Assembly: GCA_015662595.1 (NCBI GenBank)
Contig: DQTV01000045.1
Location: 2,870 to 66,869, forward strand
Reading direction: 5' to 3'
DNA length: 64,000 nucleotides
From: Ignisphaera aggregans
GTDB taxonomy: Archaea > Thermoproteota > Thermoprotei_A > Sulfolobales > Ignisphaeraceae
Both the position numbers and the translations under genes were made by a program. The notes under the pieces are model-generated. The model was not told the DNA's origin, searched no databases, and saw only the letters and a list, made by a program, of their open reading frames with translations. This document shows positions 45,172 to 55,875 of the stretch, piece by piece. The first letter of the stretch is position 1, and each line of letters begins with the position of its first letter.

Positions 45172-45747
45172 ATGGGTTGGTCCATGGCTAAGCTGGTCAT
45201 ACTGCTAGCGGGTATGCCAGGGGCTGGAAAGAGCGTGGTGAGTTCGTTAGCAAAGGATATGGGGATTCCTGTAGTGAGCATGGGGGATATCGTAAGGGAA
45301 GAGACGGAACGACGAGGTTTAGAGCCTTCAATGGCTAATATGCTTCGCGTAGCCGACGAGTTAAGACGAGTCTACGGTCCGCACGCTATAGCTTTACTGA
45401 CTTTGAAGAAGTTGCGTGACATCTCTACGTGCATCATCATAGTTGACGGAGTACGTAGTATAGAAGAGGTTGAGTATTTTAAACAGAATCTGGACTGTGA
45501 GGTGATGATCCTTGCCATACACGCTTCTCCGAGAACAAGATTTGAGAGATTGATAAAGCGTGGAAGACCAGACGACCCTAAAAGCTGGGATGAATTTCGT
45601 AAACGTGATATGAAAGAGTTAGCATGGGGTTTGGGAAACGTTATTGCTTTAGCAGACATTATGGTGGTCAATGAAGGTAAATTAGAAGAGTTCATAAGCA
45701 CCGTTAGAAACATACTTCGCCAGGTGTTAAGACAGTGGTGTACATAA
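45172..45747 (+). CDS. P-loop nucleotide kinase-like protein (UPF0200 family)
   Basis: [12 protein letters not shown]-loop and DGVRS..EV motif. The start is ATG 45172 or 45184. The upstream part of the ORF-track frame is antisense to ahcY. Confidence 0.6.
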   Translation: MGWSMAKLVILLAGMPGAGKSVVSSLAKDMGIPVVSMGDIVREETERRGLEPSMANMLRVADELRRVYGPHAIALLTLKKLRDISTCIIIVDGVRSIEEVEYFKQNLDCEVMILAIHASPRTRFERLIKRGRPDDPKSWDEFRKRDMKELAWGLGNVIALADIMVVNEGKLEEFISTVRNILRQVLRQWCT

Positions 45748-46175
45748 GAGCTGAGGTAGAGATACGACCTACTGAAGATGAAAATAAGGTATTGAAAGCA
45801 TTGAAGAACATCATCTCTACCAATAGTATTAGGATAGTGGATGCAGGCCGAGGCTTTAAGATAGCAATTGCCGAAAGCAACGATATATCAGCGCTGCTCA
45901 AATTATATGAACTCTTTAGAAAACAGCGCATCCTAGACACTGCAAGGAACATAATGTTAAGAAACGCGAGAAACGGTGTTTTAACCTTGCAATTAAATAA
46001 ACAGGCTGCTTATCAAGGCGTTGTGAGTTTTGTAGATCACGAATCAGAAAGTCAATTAGGTGCCATTACAGTTACTATATCGAGCGAGAAGCTTGATGAG
46101 ATAATAGACTGGTTGGCACCGCGTACTGCTCATGGTAAACCCCTTTGGGAGCGTGAAGCACCTAAAGATGTATAG
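45735..46175 (+). CDS. UPF0201/COG1931-type putative RNA-binding protein
   Basis: 146 aa, VEIRPTEDENKV...DWLAPRT pattern. Adjacent to and overlapping the UPF0200 gene, as in many archaea. Confidence 0.5.
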   Translation: MVYIRAEVEIRPTEDENKVLKALKNIISTNSIRIVDAGRGFKIAIAESNDISALLKLYELFRKQRILDTARNIMLRNARNGVLTLQLNKQAAYQGVVSFVDHESESQLGAITVTISSEKLDEIIDWLAPRTAHGKPLWEREAPKDV

Positions 46176-46251
46176 GCTTTAACGGCTATACATCGACACT
46201 ACAGTAATACAACAACACAACAGCATCGAGACTTAGAGTTTGAGTAGTAAT

Positions 46252-47088
46252 TCAAACCATAGCTAAGGGTATGTACATGAGGTCCCTCGCTAAAACTATC
46301 TGTCCGCTGAATACAGTTCTCGCCTGTTCTAAACAGTCGATTAAGTCTTTGTCGTTATATCTAGAACTAAAGTGCGTTAGTATGAGTAGCTTTGATCCGA
46401 GTTCTGAAGCAAGCTGAGCTGCATCAACGCATGTTGCATGCCCGGTAATTCGTGCGCGCAACTCCTCAAATTTAGTAAATGTAGCCTCGTGCACTATGAT
46501 GTCGACCCCTATACTCTTCAACAACCGTCTACATTGATCATCACAGGTACCATTTCCGGAGATGAAGATGTGCAGTGGCTCTGATTTTTTAGGCCTCCTT
46601 GCTAGCTTTATAACATACCCATACGACTCCACATCTCCATGCTGAACACGGATCGGCATGAGCGCCAGAGACTCATCGCCAAGGACTAAAAACCCCTTAT
46701 TACCAATGCTATCAACGGAATTACATGTTATTAAATGCTGATCAACTTCTGTGCTAACAACCTGTGCATATGCTTCGAGAACATTACATAGAGATCTGGG
46801 AGCTAGAATGCGGATACTCTTCCTCAGATTCTGGGACCTCACACGCAATGCAAACGATTGAAGCAATGGAAATAGTCCAAAAACGTGGTCTCCATGAATA
46901 TGTGTTATTGCAATAGCACTCAATTTAACTACATCAATCCCAGCTTGTTGGAGTCGTATTTGTGTTGCTTCACCACAGTCAACAAGAACTACGTCTTTCA
47001 AACCCAATATTAGGATGGATTGTGTATATCTATGAGGTGTTGGTATCGAAGCAACCGAGCCTAGTACAACGAGAGCTGGCCTCCTCAC
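46252..47088 (-). CDS. rnz: Ribonuclease Z (tRNA 3' endonuclease), MBL fold
   Basis: VLVDCGEATQ...ITHIHGDHVFGL (HxHxDH) and a C-terminal LILTHFSSRY motif. Confidence 0.75.
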   Translation of the reverse strand: MRRPALVVLGSVASIPTPHRYTQSILILGLKDVVLVDCGEATQIRLQQAGIDVVKLSAIAITHIHGDHVFGLFPLLQSFALRVRSQNLRKSIRILAPRSLCNVLEAYAQVVSTEVDQHLITCNSVDSIGNKGFLVLGDESLALMPIRVQHGDVESYGYVIKLARRPKKSEPLHIFISGNGTCDDQCRRLLKSIGVDIIVHEATFTKFEELRARITGHATCVDAAQLASELGSKLLILTHFSSRYNDKDLIDCLEQARTVFSGQIVLARDLMYIPLAMV

Positions 47089-48086
47089 GCATATCGCACC
47101 ACGTAGATAACTCTAGTTAGAGCTCCATGTACCCAGTCAAGATGTTTCTCCACAATTTCAAACCCGCTTCTCTCAAGCTTATTTGTAATCAGTGCATCGA
47201 GATTTAAAGGCACTGCAAAGACCATATAACGCTTTGGCTTTAGCGTTTCTTGAGCTCTATCTATAAACTTAATCAACAACTTTGAAAGCGTGTAGCCCTG
47301 AGGTATACTCTGTCTTCCATACGGCGGGTCCGTGGCGATACCATCGACGGCCAGAGTCCTAAGGGAAAGCATCGCTGCATCACCCTCAACGATCTCAACC
47401 AAAGACTCACAGCTGTAACTACGAATGTTTATACTCGCTCCATGAACCATCCTACTATCTATGTCAATACATATGCATTGAAGCCCCATAGAACAAGCTT
47501 CCAATGCGAATCCTGCGACACCACAGAAGGGATCTAACAATAACTCCCGTTTTAAACTACTTAGACGAGCCAAGTTGACGTACACTCGTGCAAGAAGGGG
47601 TTTCATCGTTCCTGGACGATATACAGGACGTTTATGAGGCTCTCGATCACTATAATCAGATAGGCGTCTCTCAGCCATCAGCTCGTAGATTAGCACTATA
47701 CCTCCCACAAACACTAACTTCAATACTTTATCGCATTCCTTAAGCTTACCCCAACGTTTAGAGGTCCTCAACAAGCTTGATACATCATATGGAGCTTTGA
47801 ACCCTCGAAGATACTCAATATCTACACATCCATCATACGTCTGTATAAACTCCTTCACTGTCGCAACATCGTCTGCTGAGGTCATGCTTATCAACAGTCC
47901 GTACTCCTTCACTAACGCTAATCGCGACATCAGAACCTTTAGGTCTTCAACACCACCTTCAAGAATCACGTATTCATCCAATCTATCTACAAACCTTATA
48001 TTGATAGGCTCAGCGTCTATGACGGCTTTGAGTTCGGATAGAGGTAGAGAGGCATGCTCATTTGAAATCCTCGCTACAAATAGCAT
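47085..48086 (-). CDS. THUMP-domain tRNA (guanine-N2) methyltransferase (Trm11 / archaeal Trm-G10 type)
   Basis: N-terminal THUMP-like half, then LDPFCGVAGFALEA (SAM motif I) and IATDPPYG (motif IV). Confidence 0.7.
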   Translation of the reverse strand: MLFVARISNEHASLPLSELKAVIDAEPINIRFVDRLDEYVILEGGVEDLKVLMSRLALVKEYGLLISMTSADDVATVKEFIQTYDGCVDIEYLRGFKAPYDVSSLLRTSKRWGKLKECDKVLKLVFVGGIVLIYELMAERRLSDYSDREPHKRPVYRPGTMKPLLARVYVNLARLSSLKRELLLDPFCGVAGFALEACSMGLQCICIDIDSRMVHGASINIRSYSCESLVEIVEGDAAMLSLRTLAVDGIATDPPYGRQSIPQGYTLSKLLIKFIDRAQETLKPKRYMVFAVPLNLDALITNKLERSGFEIVEKHLDWVHGALTRVIYVVRYA

Positions 48087-48095
48087 TACACACTA

Positions 48096-48974
48096 CTACC
48101 TCTTAATATAGCTCGCTAACAGTTCTCCAATGTCAACAATGTGTAGCCACTTTGGTGGGTTAACGTGTTTGATTGTGTTAGCCGTTATAAGCATCTCTAT
48201 ACCGGACCTCTCAATTATTTCGATTGCCTTACCAACCAACAATGCATGGCTTACAATTGCGTACACCTTCGCAGCACCGGCTCGATATAGTGCTTCAACA
48301 GCTTTTGCAAGGGTACTGCCCGTACTAACGATATCGTCTACTATAACCACAGACTTGTTTTTCACATCCAGGTACCTTTCATCAACTCTTATCTCTCCTG
48401 TTATCCTATCCCTGAACTTCTCTAAATAGTCGAATTCCACTCTAAACTCTTCTGCTAACTTTTGCGCTCTATGGAGAGCACCTTTATCCGGAGCTAACAC
48501 AAAGTCAATTCTAAGTCCACATTTACGAGCTAGATAGCCATGCGGAATGATGTTCTCTAACTTAAAACCTAGTTGTCTAAAGGGTTCCTCACTATGCACA
48601 TCAACTACGGTAAGCCGATCAATTCCAAAAATACCTTTTAGGGGTTCATAGAGTGCTTTCACACTGATGGGCTCTCCCTTTAAAAATCGCTTGTCCTGCC
48701 TTGCATAAGCTACATAGGTAAGTATAACCTGTTTCACAGATGCTCCATTCCCTTGCAGCGCTTCTAGTGCTAAATAAAGCTCTACTAGCTTCCTATCTTG
48801 ATCAGGGTACAAAGACTGTATCACTATGACTTCTGCACCTTCACACTCAGGAATTCTCAGATATTGCTCCCCATCAGGGAATACTTTGTAAGCCATATCT
48901 AGACGTTCAATTCCTTTCTTCTCTAGACTTGCCACCAAACCGTGATCAACTCCGCTTAGAGCTAAAAACTTCAA
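48096..48974 (-). CDS. prs: Ribose-phosphate pyrophosphokinase
   Basis: VVIVDDIVSTGSTL PRPP loop and N-terminal FPDGE motif. Confidence 0.9.
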   Translation of the reverse strand: MKFLALSGVDHGLVASLEKKGIERLDMAYKVFPDGEQYLRIPECEGAEVIVIQSLYPDQDRKLVELYLALEALQGNGASVKQVILTYVAYARQDKRFLKGEPISVKALYEPLKGIFGIDRLTVVDVHSEEPFRQLGFKLENIIPHGYLARKCGLRIDFVLAPDKGALHRAQKLAEEFRVEFDYLEKFRDRITGEIRVDERYLDVKNKSVVIVDDIVSTGSTLAKAVEALYRAGAAKVYAIVSHALLVGKAIEIIERSGIEMLITANTIKHVNPPKWLHIVDIGELLASYIKR

Positions 48975-49164
48975 CTTTGACCCCCTAAACGTTATACACC
49001 AGCCATTAAATTGTTATTCTATCCATCACCAGCTTCAAAACACTCGAAAACGAGTCCTACTCTATCTTACTTCATAAAGTTGAAGGCTTATACCCTGTAG
49101 TGCTACTACTACAAGATCATTAAGCTTACATACTAAGTCCTCAATAAGTACGAATGAGTAGGGT

Positions 49165-50046
49165 ATGCCACATTTACACAAAATTGAAGCTAACGAACCC
49201 TCACCCGCATCTGTACTCGCTACCGTTTGCGACCGTATACCCCTATCCCTCTTCTGCCCAGGAGGCCTCGCCATTGTTATAAACTTCGTTGGATGTCTAT
49301 GCAAATGCGATGTTGAACGATGTCCCTGGGACGCAAATTTAGATCCTCGAAGTGTGCGCATAACTAGATTATCTTCTCAGGAGATTTCATCCTTAGTCTC
49401 TAGGTATAGACCTGATCTAGTATTCTTTCACGGTGCTGAACCATATCTCTATAACGCTTTTCCACATCTAGTCAAATCATTGAGCGGAGTTAACATCGGA
49501 GTTAAAGTATGTGCAAGAATGTTACCTAAGTTTCTGAACTACTATAACAAGTTTCTACAGGAGATCCAATACATAGTTCTTCTAATAGAGATTATAGATC
49601 TTAATGACGTTGAAATCTTAAACAATCACCTGGATGTGCTTTCAAGCTCAAAGTTTATCTTTGAGTTCGCAGTTTTAGCTGAAGATCAGGTTAAGCTTCA
49701 TCAGATGATGTCCCGTATAATCAACGTCATTACAACACACGGACTTAATTCTGTAGCCATAAACCTTGTCCCAACCTCTGCCCGTCTTTCAGAAGAACAA
49801 GTACTTCATCTTGTTACAACATTTAGAGAAAAATTTACCCACATATATGTCCCTTCGTCATACATATCAGAGCTTGCATCAGTCCTCTGTCATAAATGTC
49901 GACTACCCATTGTTGTACGGCGAAACTATACAGTCATAAAATTAAATGTTGGAGAGCAGGGCACGTGCAAATATTGTCATTCAAAGGTATTAACTTGTGT
50001 AGCCCGACATAAACTACGGATACCACTGGAAGAGGTCATTCGGTGA
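49165..50046 (+). CDS. Hypothetical Cys-rich protein (radical-SAM-like N-terminal segment, non-canonical motif)
   Basis: CPGGLAIVINFVGCLCKCDVERCPW resembles activase-type radical SAM N-termini but reads Cx3Cx4C. C-terminal CHKC...CKYC pair. Confidence 0.4.
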   Translation: MPHLHKIEANEPSPASVLATVCDRIPLSLFCPGGLAIVINFVGCLCKCDVERCPWDANLDPRSVRITRLSSQEISSLVSRYRPDLVFFHGAEPYLYNAFPHLVKSLSGVNIGVKVCARMLPKFLNYYNKFLQEIQYIVLLIEIIDLNDVEILNNHLDVLSSSKFIFEFAVLAEDQVKLHQMMSRIINVITTHGLNSVAINLVPTSARLSEEQVLHLVTTFREKFTHIYVPSSYISELASVLCHKCRLPIVVRRNYTVIKLNVGEQGTCKYCHSKVLTCVARHKLRIPLEEVIR

Positions 50047-50054
50047 GCTAACCA

Positions 50055-50840
50055 ATGTATTACATATTTGTATTGGGTCCCGCAGGTTCAGGGAAGTCAT
50101 ACCTTACATCAGCGCTTGTAGAATGGTTAAGAGATCACGGAATGGATGCTATTGCAGTTAACTTAGACCCTGCTGCTGAATGGTTACCTTACGCTCCAGA
50201 TGTCGATATCCGTGATTATGTAACAGTGACTGAAGTGATGAGAAAATACAATCTGGGTCCGAACGGAGGGTTAATAATGGCTGTAGATCTTACAGTGAAC
50301 TACATACCCAAGATAAGAGATGAGATTGAAGAGTACAGACCTAACTACGTGATAGTGGATACTCCGGGCCAAATGGAGATCTTCGCTTTTCGTGCTTCTG
50401 GACCTACCATAATAGCGGGCCTCACATCGGGCTCTAAATCGGTCGCAATATTTTTAATAGACAGTTATTTAGCTACTAGACCAGGGCCGTTACTATCAAT
50501 GTTCTTTCTGGCTTTATCTGCAGCCTTATATCATAGAATACCTCAGCTAACAGTGTTAAGCAAGGCTGATATCCTGCCTTCCGAAACAATTGATAGGATT
50601 AGGAATTGGATCGAAAACCCCGAACTCTTTGTTCAAGAACTTAAACATGATATCCGGGCCCTTCATAGCTATATAGACGTGGAATATCTCATAGAATCAT
50701 TCATTCGGCCATTACTATCTGAATTAATACCTGTCTCCGCAATAACAAATACTGGTCTTGATGAGCTGTATGCTGCAATTCAGCGCGTTCTTGCTGGAGG
50801 CGAAGACTATCTAACAGAAGAGCCTAGTGAAAAGCTTTAG
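50055..50840 (+). CDS. GPN-loop GTPase
   Basis: VLGPAGSGKS P-loop, NLDPA, GPNGG (GPN loop) and DTPGQME. Confidence 0.85.
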   Translation: MYYIFVLGPAGSGKSYLTSALVEWLRDHGMDAIAVNLDPAAEWLPYAPDVDIRDYVTVTEVMRKYNLGPNGGLIMAVDLTVNYIPKIRDEIEEYRPNYVIVDTPGQMEIFAFRASGPTIIAGLTSGSKSVAIFLIDSYLATRPGPLLSMFFLALSAALYHRIPQLTVLSKADILPSETIDRIRNWIENPELFVQELKHDIRALHSYIDVEYLIESFIRPLLSELIPVSAITNTGLDELYAAIQRVLAGGEDYLTEEPSEKL

Positions 50841-50876
50841 CAGAGAGGTATAGAGGTTTATACGTGTGAAGCTACA

Positions 50877-51758
50877 ATGTCAGATATTGAACAGCTTCAA
50901 TCAACGCTCACCTCTATTCGCGAAGAGATTGTTTCACTGCTTGAAAAGAGGAGCAAAATCTTAGAAGAATTGCAGAATATTCGAAGCGTTATAGCTTCAA
51001 GAATTGCAGCTATACGTGCCATAAGGAATGAGCTCCGAGATCTTAGGGAACGCCTCAACACATTACGCAGTAAGGTTAATGATCTACGCGCTAAACGTAA
51101 TGAGTTAAAAAGTCTATTACAACAGCTATGTATAAGAAGATCGGAGCTTTACCGATCGTTAAAAGCAAGGCATAGGATCTCAGCTAATATTGATGAGTTA
51201 CGAAAGAGAATAGAAGAGCTTGAATGGCAGTTAATGACAACGCCGAATCTCGATTTAGAGACGGAGAAGCAGATAGTGAACGAAATTGCCTCGCTGGAAC
51301 GCAAATTACGTCAATGTTTACACTCACAAAGGGAACTCTCTGAAAACCTACGCGAATACGAAAACTTGTTGGCCAGGATAGGTAGTGTAAGGGAGGAACT
51401 TTCTAAGATTTCTAGCGATATTGATGCGATTCTTAAAGAGATTGCGTCCTTGCAAAAAAAGCGTGTAGAGCTTAAGAATCAGCTTGAGACGTTAGTAAAT
51501 AACTTACAAGACCTTAAGAAACATCGCGACGAGCTTAAACAGACATTGCATGAGATAAACACTAGAATTGCTGAACTAAAACAGCAGTATAATCGTATAA
51601 TGACACAGCTAAGGAGAATGAGTGAGAGCATGGAGTTGCAGAAGTTAACACATATAATTAAAACTAAACAAAAACGTGCGCTTGAGAAAATGGAGCGCGG
51701 AGAGAGGCTCACCATGGAAGATCTGTACTTCATCTTTGGTGTCTCACAACATGAATGA
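50877..51758 (+). CDS. Archaeal coiled-coil protein (COG1340-like)
   Basis: 293 aa of almost continuous heptad-type Leu/Glu/Lys/Arg repeats. Confidence 0.55.
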   Translation: MSDIEQLQSTLTSIREEIVSLLEKRSKILEELQNIRSVIASRIAAIRAIRNELRDLRERLNTLRSKVNDLRAKRNELKSLLQQLCIRRSELYRSLKARHRISANIDELRKRIEELEWQLMTTPNLDLETEKQIVNEIASLERKLRQCLHSQRELSENLREYENLLARIGSVREELSKISSDIDAILKEIASLQKKRVELKNQLETLVNNLQDLKKHRDELKQTLHEINTRIAELKQQYNRIMTQLRRMSESMELQKLTHIIKTKQKRALEKMERGERLTMEDLYFIFGVSQHE

Positions 51759-52818
51759 TCACACAGCTGCACAGCGTCTCCTAATCCTATACGTGGATTT
51801 CGATGACGACCTTGGTCTATGCGGTATAAATACGCCCGTAGTAGGCGTTGAGCATGTTATCGATACAGCTATGAAATTTGCACTTTGTAAACCTTCAGAT
51901 TCGGATTTAAATGCCCTCTTCTATGCTATAAAGGTGTATAACTCGCTAAGGGACCAAGGTAACGATGTAGAGATAGCTATTGCGACTGGCGCAAGAAATG
52001 AGCCTAAATATATGGCGTCTATAAAATTTTCGAATGCTTTAGATGAGATAAAGCGTAGAACAGGAGCGAATAGAGTATTGGTGGTATTAGATAGCGTAGA
52101 AGATGAACATGCAATCCCTTTAATTGCACAGCGTTTCAACATTGTGGGGATCGAGAATGTTGTTGTTGAGCAGCCCAGATCAATAGAAACCTTCTATACA
52201 TCGCTACTTAGGATCGGGCGCAAAATACTGAGTGAGAGCAAATATGCTCGCATTGTGCTTGGATATCCAGGGTTTGCATTACTGATCTTCACCATTCTAT
52301 CGCTTTTTAACCTAACGCATCTAGCACTGTACACACTGCTAATCTTTGTATCCATGCTAATGATAGTAAGAGGCTTTGGGCTCTTTGAATATGTAAAAGA
52401 GTTGACTCAGCGGCCCTTCAAACCCTTAGTCCTTGGCCTAACGGTGTTCTTGCTAAGCTTATCCCTATACTTAGGATATCTGGAAATCATGAGTTTGACA
52501 ACAAGTCAAGAGCTTCAACCTTTTAAAGCGATTGCTATAGCCATACAGGATCAGTCACACTTAGCATTTTTAGCCATTGCAGTACCGATAATCGTGAAAC
52601 TATTTCGTGAACTCTATGAGAAGCAACATCGATACCTCATACTCAGAATAGCTTTCTTGACGGACCTTCTCTTAGCATACGTATTGATACAGAACATAGC
52701 CTTGATCATGCGAATGGGTATTGAAGCGAGCATATTTGCGGTTACGAATTCATTAGTGGTCGTAATAGCGATGATAGTGCTGACGGCCATTTCTGAAGCT
52801 GTCGTACGCAAAGGTTAG
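51751..52818 (+). CDS. DUF373-type membrane protein
   Basis: Soluble N-domain LILYVDFDDDLG followed by about 6 TM helices. The ATG at 51751 overlaps the upstream stop. Confidence 0.55.
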   Translation: MNDHTAAQRLLILYVDFDDDLGLCGINTPVVGVEHVIDTAMKFALCKPSDSDLNALFYAIKVYNSLRDQGNDVEIAIATGARNEPKYMASIKFSNALDEIKRRTGANRVLVVLDSVEDEHAIPLIAQRFNIVGIENVVVEQPRSIETFYTSLLRIGRKILSESKYARIVLGYPGFALLIFTILSLFNLTHLALYTLLIFVSMLMIVRGFGLFEYVKELTQRPFKPLVLGLTVFLLSLSLYLGYLEIMSLTTSQELQPFKAIAIAIQDQSHLAFLAIAVPIIVKLFRELYEKQHRYLILRIAFLTDLLLAYVLIQNIALIMRMGIEASIFAVTNSLVVVIAMIVLTAISEAVVRKG

Positions 52819-52822
52819 ATTA

Positions 52823-53674
52823 CTATCTCCCAAACCTTCTTTCACGACGCTGATATGCACGTATAGCTCTTAACAAGTCGATTTTACGGAGTTCAGGCCA
52901 TAGAACGTCACAAAAATAGAGCTCGCTATAAGCGATCTGCCACAGCAAGAAGTTACTTATTCTCATCTCCCCAGCTGTTCGAATGACTAGGTCTGGTTCT
53001 GACAGTTCGCTAAGGTGAGAGGTGCTTAAGTATCTCGATATTAAGTATTCGTCTATGGCTTCGGGAGAGATGCGTCCTTTAATCAAGTCGTTTGCTAACA
53101 TCTTAATCGCTTCAACAATTTCTTGACGACCACCATAACATAAAGCAATATTCAGAAATCTCTCATCAAACCCAGACGTGATTTGTTCAAGCATAGTAGC
53201 GTAGTCTCTAACCTCCTTAGGCACAAGTTCAAGTTTTCCTATTACCTTAACGCGAATTCTATACTTGTATATCATATCCGAATTCAATAGTTCTTTAAAG
53301 CCTCGCAATGCTAATTTGAAAAGATTTTCACGTTCTTCCAAGGACCTATATAAACAGTTCTCATACGACATTGCATAAACCGTTACTACTCGCACACCCA
53401 AATCGAAAAGCCACTGAATAACCTCACGCAGTCTCTCATATCCATGGACGTGACCTTCGGTAACATTCAGACCCTGTTTTCGTGCCCAACGTCTATTGCC
53501 ATCAGGTATTATGGCTACGTGTCTTGGCATAGGACCATTCTTTATCTGATTGTATAACCACCGTTCATAGATTCTGTAGAGCTGGTTAACTATTGGCGTA
53601 ACTATTTTCTTGACTAGATCTATGCGCGAAATAGCGTAGATCAGGTCTACAAGTTTGTTTAATAGTTTCTCCAT
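52823..53674 (-). CDS. uppS: Undecaprenyl (tritrans,polycis) diphosphate synthase, cis-prenyltransferase
   Basis: PRHVAIIPDGNRRWA and RTAGEMRISNFLLWQIAYSELYF motifs. The ATG at 53674 is preferred because a GAGGT sequence lies 8 nt upstream. Confidence 0.9.
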   Translation of the reverse strand: MEKLLNKLVDLIYAISRIDLVKKIVTPIVNQLYRIYERWLYNQIKNGPMPRHVAIIPDGNRRWARKQGLNVTEGHVHGYERLREVIQWLFDLGVRVVTVYAMSYENCLYRSLEERENLFKLALRGFKELLNSDMIYKYRIRVKVIGKLELVPKEVRDYATMLEQITSGFDERFLNIALCYGGRQEIVEAIKMLANDLIKGRISPEAIDEYLISRYLSTSHLSELSEPDLVIRTAGEMRISNFLLWQIAYSELYFCDVLWPELRKIDLLRAIRAYQRRERRFGR

Positions 53675-53713
53675 CGCCAATACCTCTCTAAGCTTCGATG
53701 TACATAGCGAAAA

Positions 53714-53720
53714 TTTATAA
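53714..53720. promoter_or_regulatory. Shared palindromic TATA element between divergent uppS and rps8e
   Basis: TTTATAA reads as a TATA box on both strands, about 26 nt from plausible start sites of both genes. Confidence 0.35.
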
Positions 53721-53756
53721 GTGAAGCCCATATCCTCTATGGGTTAGGATGCGAGA

Positions 53757-54143
53757 ATGGGCGTTTATCAAGGAAACGACTTAAGGAAAATAAGTGGGGG
53801 GAGGAAGAGACCGCATAGAAAGCCGCGAAAGTATGAGATGGGTAGCTATCCCACGGATACGAAGGTAAGTGATAAAGACGTCAGAGAATTGGATAGAGTT
53901 TTTGGAGGAAATTATAAAGTTCGTTTAAAGTACGCAGCGTATGCAAATGTAGTAGATCCTGAGAAAGGTGTTGCAAAGAAGGTGCGCATACTTCAGGTAT
54001 TGCAAGTACCTGCTAATCCGGAATACGCTCGGCGAGGTATAATAGTTAAGGGCTCGATAATATTGACGGAGTTAGGCAAAGCTATAGTTACATCGAGACC
54101 AGGTCAGGACGGAGTTATAAACGCTGTGCTAATTAAGGAGTAG
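53757..54143 (+). CDS. rps8e: 30S ribosomal protein S8e (eS8)
   Basis: [30 protein letters not shown]-terminus. Confidence 0.9.
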   Translation: MGVYQGNDLRKISGGRKRPHRKPRKYEMGSYPTDTKVSDKDVRELDRVFGGNYKVRLKYAAYANVVDPEKGVAKKVRILQVLQVPANPEYARRGIIVKGSIILTELGKAIVTSRPGQDGVINAVLIKE

Positions 54144-54192
54144 ATCGACTTGTTTTAAGCGACAACTTTAAAACGCTAACATAGCTAAGACC

Positions 54193-54501
54193 ATGAGTAA
54201 AGAGGTTCGTGAACGTGAATATGTAGTTTGGCCTCAATATTTTGATTGTGATCTGAGTCGAAAATATGGAAGAAAGGTATCTCGAGAGCTATGTGTGTCG
54301 AAACCGAGCATCAAAGAGATTGAATTAGCATGTTTAGAGCTAGGTTTTGAGTGTAGAGTTAACGACAGTAAGCTCTATCCCAGAAGCTGGTTTGTAACGA
54401 GAGGGTGCGTATATATACGTTGTAATACCTCAAAATCATCGTTACTCAAACTACTTGCAAAAAAGTTGCAGGAGATACGTCAGAAACGTGGAGCTAAATA
54501 G
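54193..54501 (+). CDS. srp19: Signal recognition particle protein SRP19
   Basis: VVWPQYFDCDLSRKYGRKVSREL motif, 102 aa. Confidence 0.85.
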   Translation: MSKEVREREYVVWPQYFDCDLSRKYGRKVSRELCVSKPSIKEIELACLELGFECRVNDSKLYPRSWFVTRGCVYIRCNTSKSSLLKLLAKKLQEIRQKRGAK

Positions 54502-54680
54502 GCTAATGTATGGTTTTATATGCTACGTATTATGAAATGTAGATTTAATATACGTAAGCATACTGCTCTATGAAGGGCAAGCAGTTCACATGCTACGTCG
54601 GCATACAAGCTCTTACTATACCCCATGGCAATGTACCCTATATGTATTTGCTCACAGTGAGGAATACTATTAGATAGTGG

Positions 54681-54995
54681 TTGCCGATAGGTGATCTCAT
54701 GGTCTTAAAGACTTTGGGTCCCGTTATCCATGTAACTCCATCAAGATTAATAATCGTTAGATTAAGTAACCCAACAGAGCTTCCACCTTTAAGATGCGAA
54801 GTGGTTGACGCTAATAATGAGCTTATTGGACATGTAATTGACATCATAGGACCCGTCGGATCGCCATACGCTGTTGTTAAACCTGCAAAGCTTTCCATAC
54901 TATCATTTGTAAAACCATCAACAGTACTTTTCTATCGATATTCTAGGGCTGGGAAAACACAGAGGAGATCACGACGAAAACAGAAACGTGGATAG
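54681..54995 (+). CDS. gar1: H/ACA RNP protein Gar1
   Basis: LGPVIHVTPSRLIIVRL...ELIGHVIDIIGPVGSPYAVVKP barrel motif. The start is possibly ATG 54699. Confidence 0.8.
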   Translation: MPIGDLMVLKTLGPVIHVTPSRLIIVRLSNPTELPPLRCEVVDANNELIGHVIDIIGPVGSPYAVVKPAKLSILSFVKPSTVLFYRYSRAGKTQRRSRRKQKRG

Positions 54996-55875
54996 GGTGA
55001 TAGATGTGGCGGAACAGTGTGTCAACGTAGTGTTCGATAAAGAGCGTGGAGAGCTCATCTGCGTAGACACCGGTGAAGTCTTGACCGAGCATTGGATTGA
55101 GTTGGGTCCTGATTGGCGAGCTTATAATGGAGAGGAATGGTTGAGACGTGCTCATGTTGGAGCTCTTACCCATACGGTTCACGACTCTGGATTAATAACG
55201 GAGATTGATCTTACTGTTAAGAACTACCGAGATAAGTTAAAGTACGTAAAATTACGTCAACTTCAACGCAAGATAAGAATTGACAAGGATGAAAAACGGT
55301 TGGTAGAAGCTCTTGCATATATGAACCAGCTATGTGCTATCCTAGGACTGCCAGATCATGTGAAGGAAACAGCTGGAATAATAATTAAGCACATGTTTGG
55401 ATCGCTCACACTCAGGTATAGCAAGCTAAAGGTATACGTTTTAGCCGCCGTGATATATGCGGCTAAGATTCATGGGATTCCCATACGCGCTAAAGAACTG
55501 TTACCAAAGTTCGGCATAAGCGAGGATGAGTATTGGAAGGCACTCTCCGACCTGAACTTCAGGGCGAAGATACCGAATATAAAAGCATATCTTGACCCTC
55601 GAGCGTTCCTACCCTCAATAATCTCTAATCTTGGACTGAGTCAGAAGGTGTATTTACTTGCATCGATGATCATAGACGTCATGAAAAAACGCGGATATAC
55701 GGAAGGTAAAGATCCTGCAGGTATTGCAGCCGCGGCTGTATACGTCGCATCGATAATAACAAACGAAAAGCGTACCCAAAAGCATGTAGCGAAAGCTGCT
55801 GGTGTGACTGAAGTTACGATAAGGAATAGGTATAGGGATATCGTTGACAAGCTTTATATCGAGATCAATGTCTAA
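54988..55875 (+). CDS. tfb: Transcription initiation factor TFB with degenerate N-terminal zinc ribbon
   Basis: GPDWRAY B-reader region and two cyclin repeats ending in TEVTIRNRYRDI. In the ribbon segment only C11 and C25 remain (EQCVNVVFDKERGELICVDTG). Confidence 0.85.
   Translation: MDRVIDVAEQCVNVVFDKERGELICVDTGEVLTEHWIELGPDWRAYNGEEWLRRAHVGALTHTVHDSGLITEIDLTVKNYRDKLKYVKLRQLQRKIRIDKDEKRLVEALAYMNQLCAILGLPDHVKETAGIIIKHMFGSLTLRYSKLKVYVLAAVIYAAKIHGIPIRAKELLPKFGISEDEYWKALSDLNFRAKIPNIKAYLDPRAFLPSIISNLGLSQKVYLLASMIIDVMKKRGYTEGKDPAGIAAAAVYVASIITNEKRTQKHVAKAAGVTEVTIRNRYRDIVDKLYIEINV

Noticed and set aside
49062-49361. 99-aa minus-strand ORF overlapping the start of the Cys-rich gene
   Set aside because: No motif, an Arg/Ser/His-rich translation, and it overlaps the better-supported plus-strand frame. 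Probably spurious, though the exact start of the plus-strand gene remains uncertain.
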